A stretch of 32,000 nt of DNA from Candidatus Nanobsidianus stetteri (GCA_000387965.1 APJZ01000001.1:120001-152000); one strand, 5' to 3'. Counted from the first letter of the stretch, positions 17,601-25,129 are shown. Numbers and translations: made by a program. The notes: generated by a model not told the origin, from the letters alone.

Positions 17601-17984
17601 GTGATATTAATACCTAATAAAACTGCAGATGAAGCATATTATATTGCAGGTATTTTAAACTCTATCATAATACGCTCAATTATATCATCTTATACCTATG
17701 AATTAGGACAATACACCCACATTATAGATATATTTAACATACCTAAATTCGACCCCAATAATAATTTACATAAGAAAATTGCTGAATTATCTAAAAAAGC
17801 TCATGAATTAGCAAAATGTATATATTCCAATAATAAACCTGATTATTGTAAAAATATTAATGCAAAAGAAGAACTTAAAAAAGTTGAAGATGAAATTGAT
17901 TTAGCAGTTGCTGAATTGTATGGAATTACTAAAGAAGAATTAGAAGGATTTAAAGAATTAATGAATATACTATCTGGAAAATAA
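14619..17984 (+). CDS. single-chain type IIG/IIL restriction-modification enzyme (MmeI/PglX-like): N-terminal PD-ExK nuclease-like domain, gamma-class N6-adenine DNA methyltransferase, C-terminal TaqI_C-like target recognition domain
   Basis: 1121 aa. N-terminus has GKRVDALYGHVIIEYKAPGKL (D-x8-E-x-K). It also has GEYYTP, motif I VLDPACGSGTFL and motif IV DYVIGNPPWINWESL. The TRD-like region has LVYPLIRGRDVKKWYV and FACAVAEP...ILNS. Confidence 0.82.
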   Translation: MPSTNNSLNQLDIDDLLICIRNGVLQARTEEDLRIRVSNCIEEKILKPLKDLGEIDISEGKYEYTLASGKRVDALYGHVIIEYKAPGKLSRDSDIQKVKEQVIKYIITEAGDKSNYDKFLGIIISDKIAFVRYNKREDKWILRGPYEIRRESIIKLIEALRGLRRKILSSEELTKDFGMNSQTSKRIIRILYKKLLNTKSEKTKILFEDWMRLFKQATGYDPDKFKELKELAEDYGFEKSNINYDILIFAIHTYYALIMKLIAAEIAYLYGSGKFYKSYIVELDNAYTSKGIEGLKSILKELESGGIFKKLLGIENFLEGDYFSWYVEEIDQELGDAIAEIARRLSDYEIATPQLEPEFARDLLKDLYQNLVPRDIRHSLGEYYTPDWLAELILNKVGLRYKNLENMGKEDPLKPLEIRVLDPACGSGTFLILYISRLIRYANKHYLTDTLAKYILENVVGYDLNPLAVLTARTNYLLAIADLLKQSSLGSIEIPIYLADSIMIETKAEITERYYILRTAVGEFKIPANIAQDINLLRKILDEMKMCLENGYTPKEFEFRISPYNLNSGEKKSLIDLYRKLLDLRLQGKDDVWIAIIRNAFAPILNGKFDYVIGNPPWINWESLPEQYRESSKELWKKYGLLVIKGKTGLGKVKKDLSMLFLARCFDLYLKVGGKLGFVITFTVFKTQAGAGFRNFLATKTKIHAIHDLVTLAPFEGATNRTGIIIVEKVCELDNMNDNECTIIKEIRKENMNGIKHVVWNGKKIDPDTSLKDVRKITKRYKIVMVPLIPNDPSSPWMQVKANIINAIRKVISGNQYYEAHEGVLTAFNQVYFIKVVDKTPNGMLSIENSPESGQKKKVNETIKDINIEPDLVYPLIRGRDVKKWYVDFKDRFIIVPHDPKTAKPILEKDMKIKWPLTYNYLLNYKNELEKRSIHKLWGKGNPFYSIYDIGTYTFAPYKVLWGAISGAITGKALSFACAVAEPVNEKPMIPDHSVILIPNKTADEAYYIAGILNSIIIRSIISSYTYELGQYTHIIDIFNIPKFDPNNNLHKKIAELSKKAHELAKCIYSNNKPDYCKNINAKEELKKVEDEIDLAVAELYGITKEELEGFKELMNILSGK

Positions 17985-18273
17985 ATTTTATTATTAACTA
18001 TAAAAAATATTAATATTTTCCTCAAGCAACTTTATATCTGCAATTTTATCCCTTTTGCTATATCATCACAATACGTTATTGGAATACCATTATCATACAT
18101 TCATAAAGAAAATTTTATAGTAATATAAAAATTTACCATATCTTTTTATTTTTACTTTGATAACATCTTGTTTTAATAGACATTTATATATTATCTAATT
18201 TGATAAATTAAATTTCTAAAACTTCTTTTAATTTTTCTAAAATTTATTAAAAATAAAAATTTTATTAAAAAAT

Positions 18274-19206
18274 TTAGAAAATTACTTCCTCGCCAGGAAT
18301 TCTTGGGAATAGTTGAACTTCTCTTATATGTTTCTTTCCAGTTAAGAATCTTAATAATCTTTCAACACCAATTCCTCCTCCAGCACTTGGTTTTAACAAT
18401 CCCATTTTAGCAACTTCTAAATATGCTTTATATGATGAATAATCTCTACCTTCTTTTTCTAATTCTTTTATCCTTTCCATAATTCTCTCATATTTATATT
18501 CTCTTTCTCCTCCAGATAAAACTTCTCCATATCCTTCTGGTAATATTAGATCATAGTTTAAGAAATGACCTGGGTGTTCTTCATCTTCTTTATCATAGAA
18601 CTCTCTTTTTATGTCAATAATCCAGAATGGATCTTTCTCTTTTTCACTTAAAGCCTCATCACTACCATATTTTTCTAAAACTTCTGAATATCTATAAACT
18701 TTGAATGGTTTTGAAGGAACTTTTAATTCTCTACCTAGAAGATCTAATTCTTCTTTACATTCTTCTTTAACTTTTTTGATTACATGGATTACTAAATCTT
18801 CTACTAAATCCATTACATCTTTCATCTTTGCATGTGCCATTTCAAAGTCCATCTGTGTAAATTCAAAAGCATGCCTTCCTGTTTTAGCTCTTTCACTTTT
18901 TTCTAATCTAACGTTTGGTGAGAATATAAATATTTTATCTGCCGCTATAAGAGATAGCTGCTTATGTAATATCATACTCTGCGTTATTACTAGTTTTTGC
19001 GAATAATACTCAAATGATGGTGTAAAGACAATACTGGATGCTGGATCTGGTGCCAATGGGTCTGTAAATACTGATGTTACTATTGGCAATAGTTGTACAA
19101 AGCCTCTTCCTACCATAAATGACTGCATTTCCTTCAGTACTACTGTCTGTATTCTTAATATTGGCCCCATTTCTTTTAGGTGAGATATCATTTCTTCTAC
19201 CGCCAT
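18274..19206 (-). CDS. asnA: archaeal asparagine synthetase A-like enzyme (AsnRS catalytic-core paralog lacking the anticodon-binding domain)
   Basis: 310 aa. TDPLAPDP, TQSMILHKQLSL, FIFSPNVRLE, GRHAFEFTQMDFE (class II motif 2), FWIIDIKREFYDKE, YDLILPEGYGEVLSGGEREYKYERI, and LKPSAGGGIGVERLLRFLTGKKHIREVQLFPRIPG (motif 3). There is no N-terminal OB fold. Confidence 0.82.
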   Translation of the reverse strand: MAVEEMISHLKEMGPILRIQTVVLKEMQSFMVGRGFVQLLPIVTSVFTDPLAPDPASSIVFTPSFEYYSQKLVITQSMILHKQLSLIAADKIFIFSPNVRLEKSERAKTGRHAFEFTQMDFEMAHAKMKDVMDLVEDLVIHVIKKVKEECKEELDLLGRELKVPSKPFKVYRYSEVLEKYGSDEALSEKEKDPFWIIDIKREFYDKEDEEHPGHFLNYDLILPEGYGEVLSGGEREYKYERIMERIKELEKEGRDYSSYKAYLEVAKMGLLKPSAGGGIGVERLLRFLTGKKHIREVQLFPRIPGEEVIF

Positions 19207-19410
19207 TTAGTAGTAATAGTCTTTCTGATTCTTAAATTTTTTATAAAATTTTTTAAATAAAATTCAAAAAATTACTTAAATCTGATATAAAAATTGAATA
19301 TTTTTCAAAATTTGATTTATAAATTGATAGGATATTGTATGTATAAATTTCATAAAATTCAAAAATATTTTGAATAAAATACTTAAATTTTTAAAAAATA
19401 TAAATTTCTT

Positions 19411-19872
19411 ATGAAGATAGATGAAAAGGATAAACAATTACTTTCACTTTTACAGAAGAATTGCAAACTTTCATTAAGAGAACTCTCACAAATTACAGAA
19501 ATGAGAGAAACAACAATTTTTACCAGAATAAAGAGATTAGAGAATGCGGGAATAATAAAAGAATATAGAGCAGTTTTAGATCCTAAAGCTATTGGTAAAA
19601 ACGTTTTAGCTTTTGTTTTAATAAAATATGATCCCTCTGCTGGTATTAAACAAAGAGAAGTCGCAGAAAAAATTGCAAACTTACCAGAAATTCAAGAAGT
19701 TCATATAATAGCTGGAGATTGGGATATGATTGCAAAAGTTAGAGAAAAAGATGTTGAAGGTTTAGGAAAAGCTGTTTTAGATAAGATAAGAGAAATTAAA
19801 GGAGTAAAGGAGACAGTATCTTTAATAGTTTTTGAAAGTATAAAAGAAACAACCTTTCTTAATTTAGAATAG
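19411..19872 (+). CDS. lrp: Lrp/AsnC family transcriptional regulator
   Basis: 153 aa. HTH DEKDKQLLSLLQKNCKLSLRELSQITEMRETTIFTRIKRLENAGIIKEYRAVLDPKAIG followed by a RAM/ACT-like domain. Confidence 0.9.
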   Translation: MKIDEKDKQLLSLLQKNCKLSLRELSQITEMRETTIFTRIKRLENAGIIKEYRAVLDPKAIGKNVLAFVLIKYDPSAGIKQREVAEKIANLPEIQEVHIIAGDWDMIAKVREKDVEGLGKAVLDKIREIKGVKETVSLIVFESIKETTFLNLE

Positions 19873-19900
19873 AGATTTGTATTTTTTATAAAAATCTCTA
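19870..19900 (+). terminator. stem-loop with a T6 loop at the lrp stop codon
   Basis: TAGAGATTT (19870-19878) pairs with AAATCTCTA (19892-19900), a perfect 9-bp inverted repeat. The 13-nt loop contains TTTTTT. Confidence 0.45.
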
Positions 19901-19945
19901 AATAAAATTCACAAAAATTTAAAAATTCCAAAATAATAATATATT

Positions 19946-21262
19946 ATGGTAGATATAAAAAACATTTCGGATATAGAAGGACTAACATCTACAGATATAT
20001 TAAATTTATTTAAAGAAACTAGGGCTTTCAAGTTATTATCTACCAAAGCATGGAATAATAGAACAGATATTTTTGTAAATCCAATAGCTTTTTTAAGAGA
20101 TATTTCTAACGATATTACTGACTCGATAAGTTCAGCTTTTGATACAGATTATTGGTTATTAATTCTAGGCGGATCTGGTGCAGGCAAGTCTACATTATCT
20201 ATGGCAATTTACAAGCATATTATGAAAAATCTAGGTTACACTGATGAACAAATTAAAAATTCTATATATTTAGATTTTTGTTATTTACCTTATGATTACT
20301 TAGGTAGAATTATGCTACATGAAAAGCAAATACAAGAAAAAGGTAAATCATTCCCACATCCTATTATATTGGATGACGCTTATCATCTATTTGGTGTATT
20401 TAATAGAGGTATCACTGGTACTACAAGAAAATTACTAGATAAAATATGGGAAATTGGAGAATATCGATTAGCACATATTGTTAATAATCAGTTTTCATTA
20501 CAATTAGCTCAAAGAGCTATAATGAGGATGCATTCACTGATAATTTTATGGAAAGAACCTATCAGTATTGGCAGTAATGAGACACCCAATATGGAAGAAA
20601 CTTACTTAAGCTATGTGAAAAATTTGCTAAATAAAAGTCAAGAGACTAATTCTAATAATAAGGATGTCGATTTCTTGTGGGGTGCATTTTATGGAAAAGA
20701 CAAAGCATATAAAGTTATGGGATATATCACAAAAAACCAGGGAAATATTGGCGAAGTTGATATCTTAGCAAAATTTACGCCTGATTATATTTTTCCAATG
20801 CTATTAACTTTACATGAGATATCCGATCTGAGAAAAGCATATAAAGATATAAAAGATTGTAGTTTATCAATAATAGATTATTATCGTAATGCGGAGAAGC
20901 TTAAAATAAAAGGATCTCATAAATGCTTGTTTTTAAGAATTCTAATCGAACTAAATAAGAATTTTGATAGAATAACTGACAAGGTAGACTCTAAAGGCTT
21001 TTATAAAGTAAACCCACCACTTGATTTTAAAATTCGTAATAAAAAAGATTTCGATGCTTTGCAGGATATTGGAGATATACATCTAGAACCACCTATTAAA
21101 CAAACAAGAAAAATATATAAAGACTCGACATACATAAAAGAAACCTATTCTGAAAGTCCTAAAATTAAGATATATTCTATAAATTCTTATATTTATTATT
21201 TCTTAAAGAATTGTCATGAAACGCTCGAAAAAAGATCACAATTATATGAAAGACTATATTAA
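19946..21262 (+). CDS. orphan P-loop NTPase (unassigned family)
   Basis: 438 aa. Walker A LILGGSGAGKSTLSMAIY, Walker B HPIILDDAYHLFG. The C-terminal ~250 aa have no recognisable motif. Less N/K/I-biased than its neighbours. Confidence 0.6.
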   Translation: MVDIKNISDIEGLTSTDILNLFKETRAFKLLSTKAWNNRTDIFVNPIAFLRDISNDITDSISSAFDTDYWLLILGGSGAGKSTLSMAIYKHIMKNLGYTDEQIKNSIYLDFCYLPYDYLGRIMLHEKQIQEKGKSFPHPIILDDAYHLFGVFNRGITGTTRKLLDKIWEIGEYRLAHIVNNQFSLQLAQRAIMRMHSLIILWKEPISIGSNETPNMEETYLSYVKNLLNKSQETNSNNKDVDFLWGAFYGKDKAYKVMGYITKNQGNIGEVDILAKFTPDYIFPMLLTLHEISDLRKAYKDIKDCSLSIIDYYRNAEKLKIKGSHKCLFLRILIELNKNFDRITDKVDSKGFYKVNPPLDFKIRNKKDFDALQDIGDIHLEPPIKQTRKIYKDSTYIKETYSESPKIKIYSINSYIYYFLKNCHETLEKRSQLYERLY

Positions 21263-21396
21263 TGGTCTCAAAAAATATATCATAACCTAAATTTTTAATT
21301 TTTAACCTTTTAAATTAAATAAATATAAAATTATTTTGAATTTTTCCCTAAATATATGTTATCAAATCTAAAAATTTGGGAGATAAAAAAGAAACC

Positions 21397-21771
21397 TTAA
21401 TATCCAGCTGGAGCATCTGCAGTTCTTGGCATTGCTAATCTCATTAATATTTCTAATATCAATAAGAATGCTCCAATAAATATTATAATTTGCAATACAG
21501 ATCCTAAGGATCTTAAAGTATTAATTGCAACTACTGAATAACTTGAAACCTGTTGTACATACGTTATAGAGTTTTGGAAAGATGTATTAACCGCATTTTG
21601 TATATTTGTTGCATTTGATGGTAATTGGTTATATACTGTTTGGTAGCTATTATATATTAGTGGGTAGAATGACATTCCTGCTACGCTTACTATACCTACA
21701 CCTATCAATACTATTACCGCTGCTACTGTTAACCCCAAAGCAAGACCAATTAGTGCATATGCTACATCCAT
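21397..21771 (-). CDS. hypothetical membrane protein with two terminal hydrophobic helices and a Q/N/S/T-rich middle
   Basis: 124 aa. N-terminal AYALIGLALGLTVAAVIVLIGVGIVSVAG, C-terminal LQIIIFIGAFLLILEILMRL, then a PRTADAPAGY tail. Ala/Gly/Val-rich with visibly higher GC than the flanks. Confidence 0.55.
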   Translation of the reverse strand: MDVAYALIGLALGLTVAAVIVLIGVGIVSVAGMSFYPLIYNSYQTVYNQLPSNATNIQNAVNTSFQNSITYVQQVSSYSVVAINTLRSLGSVLQIIIFIGAFLLILEILMRLAMPRTADAPAGY

Positions 21772-21937
21772 AATATATTAATTGTAATTACTTATATATA
21801 AAATTTATTAATCTTTCTCTTATAATGCCTATTTATAGATAGTTATTATAGTGGGGTATTATAATAGAATCTTATAAAAGCTTGTATATAATATTCACAA
21901 TTATGAACCATGGGTTTTGGAATTTCAAATATATTTT

Positions 21938-21955
21938 GATTAACCATGGTTAATC
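21938..21955. repeat. 18-bp perfect palindrome GATTAACCATGGTTAATC
   Basis: Self-complementary over all 18 positions. It is the central member of three AACCATG(G) sites at 21906, 21942 and 22014. Confidence 0.85.
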
Positions 21956-22017
21956 CTATCAAAATTTAATCAAAAACTATATCTAATCATATTCCACTCA
22001 TGATCCTCTCAAGAACC

Positions 22018-22046
22018 ATGACGGATAATTTCTGTTATACGTCATT
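22018..22046 (-). terminator. stem-loop 24-52 nt downstream of the stop of ORF 22070-22486
   Basis: ATGACGGATAA-tttctg-TTATACGTCAT: 10 bp plus one G/A mismatch and a 6-nt loop. The function (3'-end element versus protein-binding site) is not established. Confidence 0.3.
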
Positions 22047-22069
22047 CAGCAAGTATCCCGGTTACTTGA

Positions 22070-22486
22070 TTATAGCCCACTAAAAGTTTTGAGACCCATA
22101 GCAAAACCAGACATTATTAATAAAAATGGAAAAACAAAAATAGCAAATAATAAAATAGCTACAATTGCTATAACAAAAGCGGCACCCCAACTTACATTAG
22201 CTATGTACTTATAGCTAACTAAATCTATTATAAAAGCTAAGAATATTCCATAAATATATAATTCATAATTAGAGTAATATACAATAATACCATTTATATA
22301 AAAAGAAGCAAATCCTGAGACTAAAGTAGCTGCAAGAATTCTTGGAAATGATATATATTCATCAAGAAAAAGTTTAGAAAACAAATAAACTGGTATTGAA
22401 AATAGAAATGAATATACAATCCAAAACATTATAAAAGATAATATTGTATTACCAATTTCCAATATATCTATACTTAAAGTGATCAT
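22070..22486 (-). CDS. polytopic membrane protein, paralog B of 24434-24865
   Basis: 138 aa, about 4 TM. Shares VY..., F.R.L..TL....SF and YKY[IL]....[SD]W...F[IV] blocks with ORF 24434-24865. Confidence 0.6.
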   Translation of the reverse strand: MITLSIDILEIGNTILSFIMFWIVYSFLFSIPVYLFSKLFLDEYISFPRILAATLVSGFASFYINGIIVYYSNYELYIYGIFLAFIIDLVSYKYIANVSWGAAFVIAIVAILLFAIFVFPFLLIMSGFAMGLKTFSGL

Positions 22487-22595
22487 TATATAACCATTTT
22501 ATAAAAATATAAAAATGTTTTTCCGGAATTTCTGTAAACATATTTCTAATTTTTATAATTTTTGATCTATTATATAAAAATTTTATGATAAAAAT

Positions 22596-23708
22596 CTATA
22601 TTATTGATACAATTCCAGTAATTAAATAGACAATTCCAAGAGTTATATAAGCAACAGCTTTTATAAGGAACTCATTTCGATAAAAATTTGATAAATGCAC
22701 TTCCAAAATTCCTGTAGACATATCCGGAACCGTAACTTTTACTGGTTTCATATTTATCATTTCCCCAGTATCTGCAAATCCTCCAATAATAGTGTAATCT
22801 TCATTAATTGGAATATATTGTTCTACTAAATATAACATATTTCTACTATCATATTTACATATTTCTCCTATTCTTGTATGAATTATAGAACTACATAATT
22901 CCGTAGAATCTACATATAGTTTTAAATTTCTTATTTTATTATTCTTTATTGTAAATTTATAATTTTTTATATAATATAGATTTACTTGAGTATTGTTATT
23001 TGCAGCATATTTTATATATTGTAAAATTTCATCACTAATTCTTTTAGCATCATTAAAATTTGATAATTTTATTTTTCTATCTTGTGAATTATTTGGTATT
23101 ATTTCAATTATGTTTGTTCTTACTTCAACAATTGGTGCCTTTTCTAAATCAACTGCTAAAAAACCAGTTCCATCAGTAAATAATGCAGGTATTCCAACAT
23201 CAAAACCATCTATAAAATCAGATATCCAAGTTGAATTATTATTCCCTCCTGGATGTACATAAAAAGTGGAAATAGAATAGTATATACAATCCTGCCCACT
23301 AATTGGTGATTTCAAAGGTTGATATCCATATGGTATAAATCTTCCTTTAACCTTATTTAAACCATAAGTTGCAATATGAATTTTAGAAAATGGAGTATTA
23401 TTTAAAATATTATGTATTATATATCTCTTAAAACCTCTAATGATTAAAAAAAGCGATATTGACATTAAAATAATGAACACTGGTAACTTAAATGGAACGT
23501 TTACGAACTGAAATATAAAAATATAAAAAAACATAAAAAACGCAAAATAAAAACCATCATAATTCTTTACTTTAATATCTTTTGCATATGAGGGTATATA
23601 ATTATGATATATTGTCCTAGTACTTGATAAATTTTTAACATGAGGTGTTTGTTGTAAATAATTCAGATTATTTCTGAGATTTAAAAAAGCAATATTGTTT
23701 TTTTGCAT
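22596..23708 (-). CDS. GIDE (MUL1-like 'E3 ubiquitin ligase' PF12483-type) domain membrane protein
   Basis: 370 aa with two N-terminal TM helices and one C-terminal TM. The core VKGRFIPYGYQPLKSPISGQDCIYYS...IPALFTDGTGFLAVDLEKAPI matches the GIDE signature (SP.SG..C.yy ... pF.l.DgtG...V). Separated from lemA by 2 nt. Confidence 0.65.
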   Translation of the reverse strand: MQKNNIAFLNLRNNLNYLQQTPHVKNLSSTRTIYHNYIPSYAKDIKVKNYDGFYFAFFMFFYIFIFQFVNVPFKLPVFIILMSISLFLIIRGFKRYIIHNILNNTPFSKIHIATYGLNKVKGRFIPYGYQPLKSPISGQDCIYYSISTFYVHPGGNNNSTWISDFIDGFDVGIPALFTDGTGFLAVDLEKAPIVEVRTNIIEIIPNNSQDRKIKLSNFNDAKRISDEILQYIKYAANNNTQVNLYYIKNYKFTIKNNKIRNLKLYVDSTELCSSIIHTRIGEICKYDSRNMLYLVEQYIPINEDYTIIGGFADTGEMINMKPVKVTVPDMSTGILEVHLSNFYRNEFLIKAVAYITLGIVYLITGIVSII

Positions 23709-23710
23709 AT

Positions 23711-24277
23711 TTAAAATTGTAACCTTGTGGATACATCTTGTTTTTCTTCCTCTGGTACTTTATATAGAGGCATTGGTCTTATACCTGCTATACTAGCAAC
23801 AATATTATATGGTATTTGTTGAATTCTTGTATTTAATAAAGTTACTGCTTCATTATAAAATTCTCTTGCATCTGCCAATTGTGATTCTAATTCCATAATT
23901 GCTTGTTGTAATTGTATTACATTTTGATTTGATCTTAATTGTGGATAATTTTCCATTACTGCAAATAGATATCTAAAAGCCCCTGTAATTTGGTTTGATA
24001 AATTTATTTTTGATTGTATATCATTTGATGGTAAATTCATATATTGGGTTCTCATTTGTGTTAATCTTTCAAGAACTGTTCTTTCATATGTTAAATAACT
24101 ACTTACTGTTTCTACTAATTTTGCCAATGCATCATGTCTTTTTTGCAATATTACATCTATATCAGACCAAGCCTTTTCTGCATTTTTCTTTAATGCTATT
24201 AGAGAATTATACATTGCTATAAAAAATCCTACTATTAATATTAAAATTACTACTAGAATAATAAGCAAAACTTCCAT
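23711..24277 (-). CDS. lemA: LemA family protein
   Basis: 188 aa with an N-terminal TM. YNSLIALKKNAEKAWSDIDVILQKRHD, ENYPQLRSNQNVIQLQ, AREFYNEAVTLLNTRIQQIPYNIVA. Confidence 0.88.
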   Translation of the reverse strand: MEVLLIILVVILILIVGFFIAMYNSLIALKKNAEKAWSDIDVILQKRHDALAKLVETVSSYLTYERTVLERLTQMRTQYMNLPSNDIQSKINLSNQITGAFRYLFAVMENYPQLRSNQNVIQLQQAIMELESQLADAREFYNEAVTLLNTRIQQIPYNIVASIAGIRPMPLYKVPEEEKQDVSTRLQF

Positions 24278-24433
24278 AAAGAGAATAAAAATTTTGATAT
24301 TTTTAAAATTTGTTAACGTTATGATATAAATATTATAAGGAATAGTAAAACTTTGTTATAATTAAAGGATATTATGTTTCAATGAAATCAATGATCTATA
24401 TTCATATAAAAATTTCCAAAAATATAAAAAACT

Positions 24434-24865
24434 TTAATGTACTGCTTGAAGACTAGAAAATATACCGCCAAAGACAAGAAAACCAAGAGCAGTCAATATT
24501 AGACCTAAGATTACCATGATACCAAAATATATTACACCAGCTATAATTAGCATAATAAAAGTTTTTATCCAATCGATATCAAACAAATACTTATAGATCG
24601 CTAGAGTTATTACAAAACTTATGATAAGACCTATGATTAGCACTGCAAAATTAAATGTAGATAAGAAGTATGATACTGTTACAATATTTATTATAAAAGA
24701 TATTATATCTGCAATCAAGGTAACAAATAAAGTTCTTAAAAAGGGTACCTGTACACCAATAATCCTAGCAGCTATATAAACAGATAATGAAGATATAATC
24801 CATATAACTATAAAAGCTACTATAATTCCAACAATTCCCAATGTTAAGAGCCCAAAACCGGCCAT
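24434..24865 (-). CDS. polytopic membrane protein, paralog A of 22070-22486
   Basis: 143 aa, about 4 TM. See the shared blocks listed for paralog B. Confidence 0.6.
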   Translation of the reverse strand: MAGFGLLTLGIVGIIVAFIVIWIISSLSVYIAARIIGVQVPFLRTLFVTLIADIISFIINIVTVSYFLSTFNFAVLIIGLIISFVITLAIYKYLFDIDWIKTFIMLIIAGVIYFGIMVILGLILTALGFLVFGGIFSSLQAVH

Positions 24866-25129
24866 TATAATAGTATAAAATTAAAATTTATAAAAATATT
24901 ATTTAGAGAAATTTATATCATAATTTTATCATTATTATACTCTAAGCAGAATTTTAAAAATTATTAAAAAATAAAAATATTTAAAATGTTTCAACCTATA
25001 TTTTGAAGTTCATTGCTAATTAGTCAATTAATTGTAAACATATTTACAAATATTTTTCTCTTTAATTATCATCTAAATTAAAAAATGAATTTCAAATATT
25101 TTTATTTATTAAAGATCATAAATTAAAAA

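Noticed and set aside
14619-17984. Interpreting the 1121-aa methyltransferase as PglX of a BREX system.
   Set aside because: No PglZ, BrxC/PglY, BrxL, BrxA or BrxB-like genes are in the window, and the N-terminal D-x8-ExK motif fits a nuclease-active MmeI-type enzyme. The idea is kept only as a caveat in the findings.
18021-18110. Possible third C/D box sRNA on the minus strand (GUGAUGA at about 18065-18071, with CAGA at about 18037-18040).
   Set aside because: The C-to-D distance is only 22 nt. There is no credible D'/C' pair and no 12-nt spacer geometry, and the upstream AUGAUAA lacks the critical GA. It does not fit the architecture that the other two sRNAs fit exactly.
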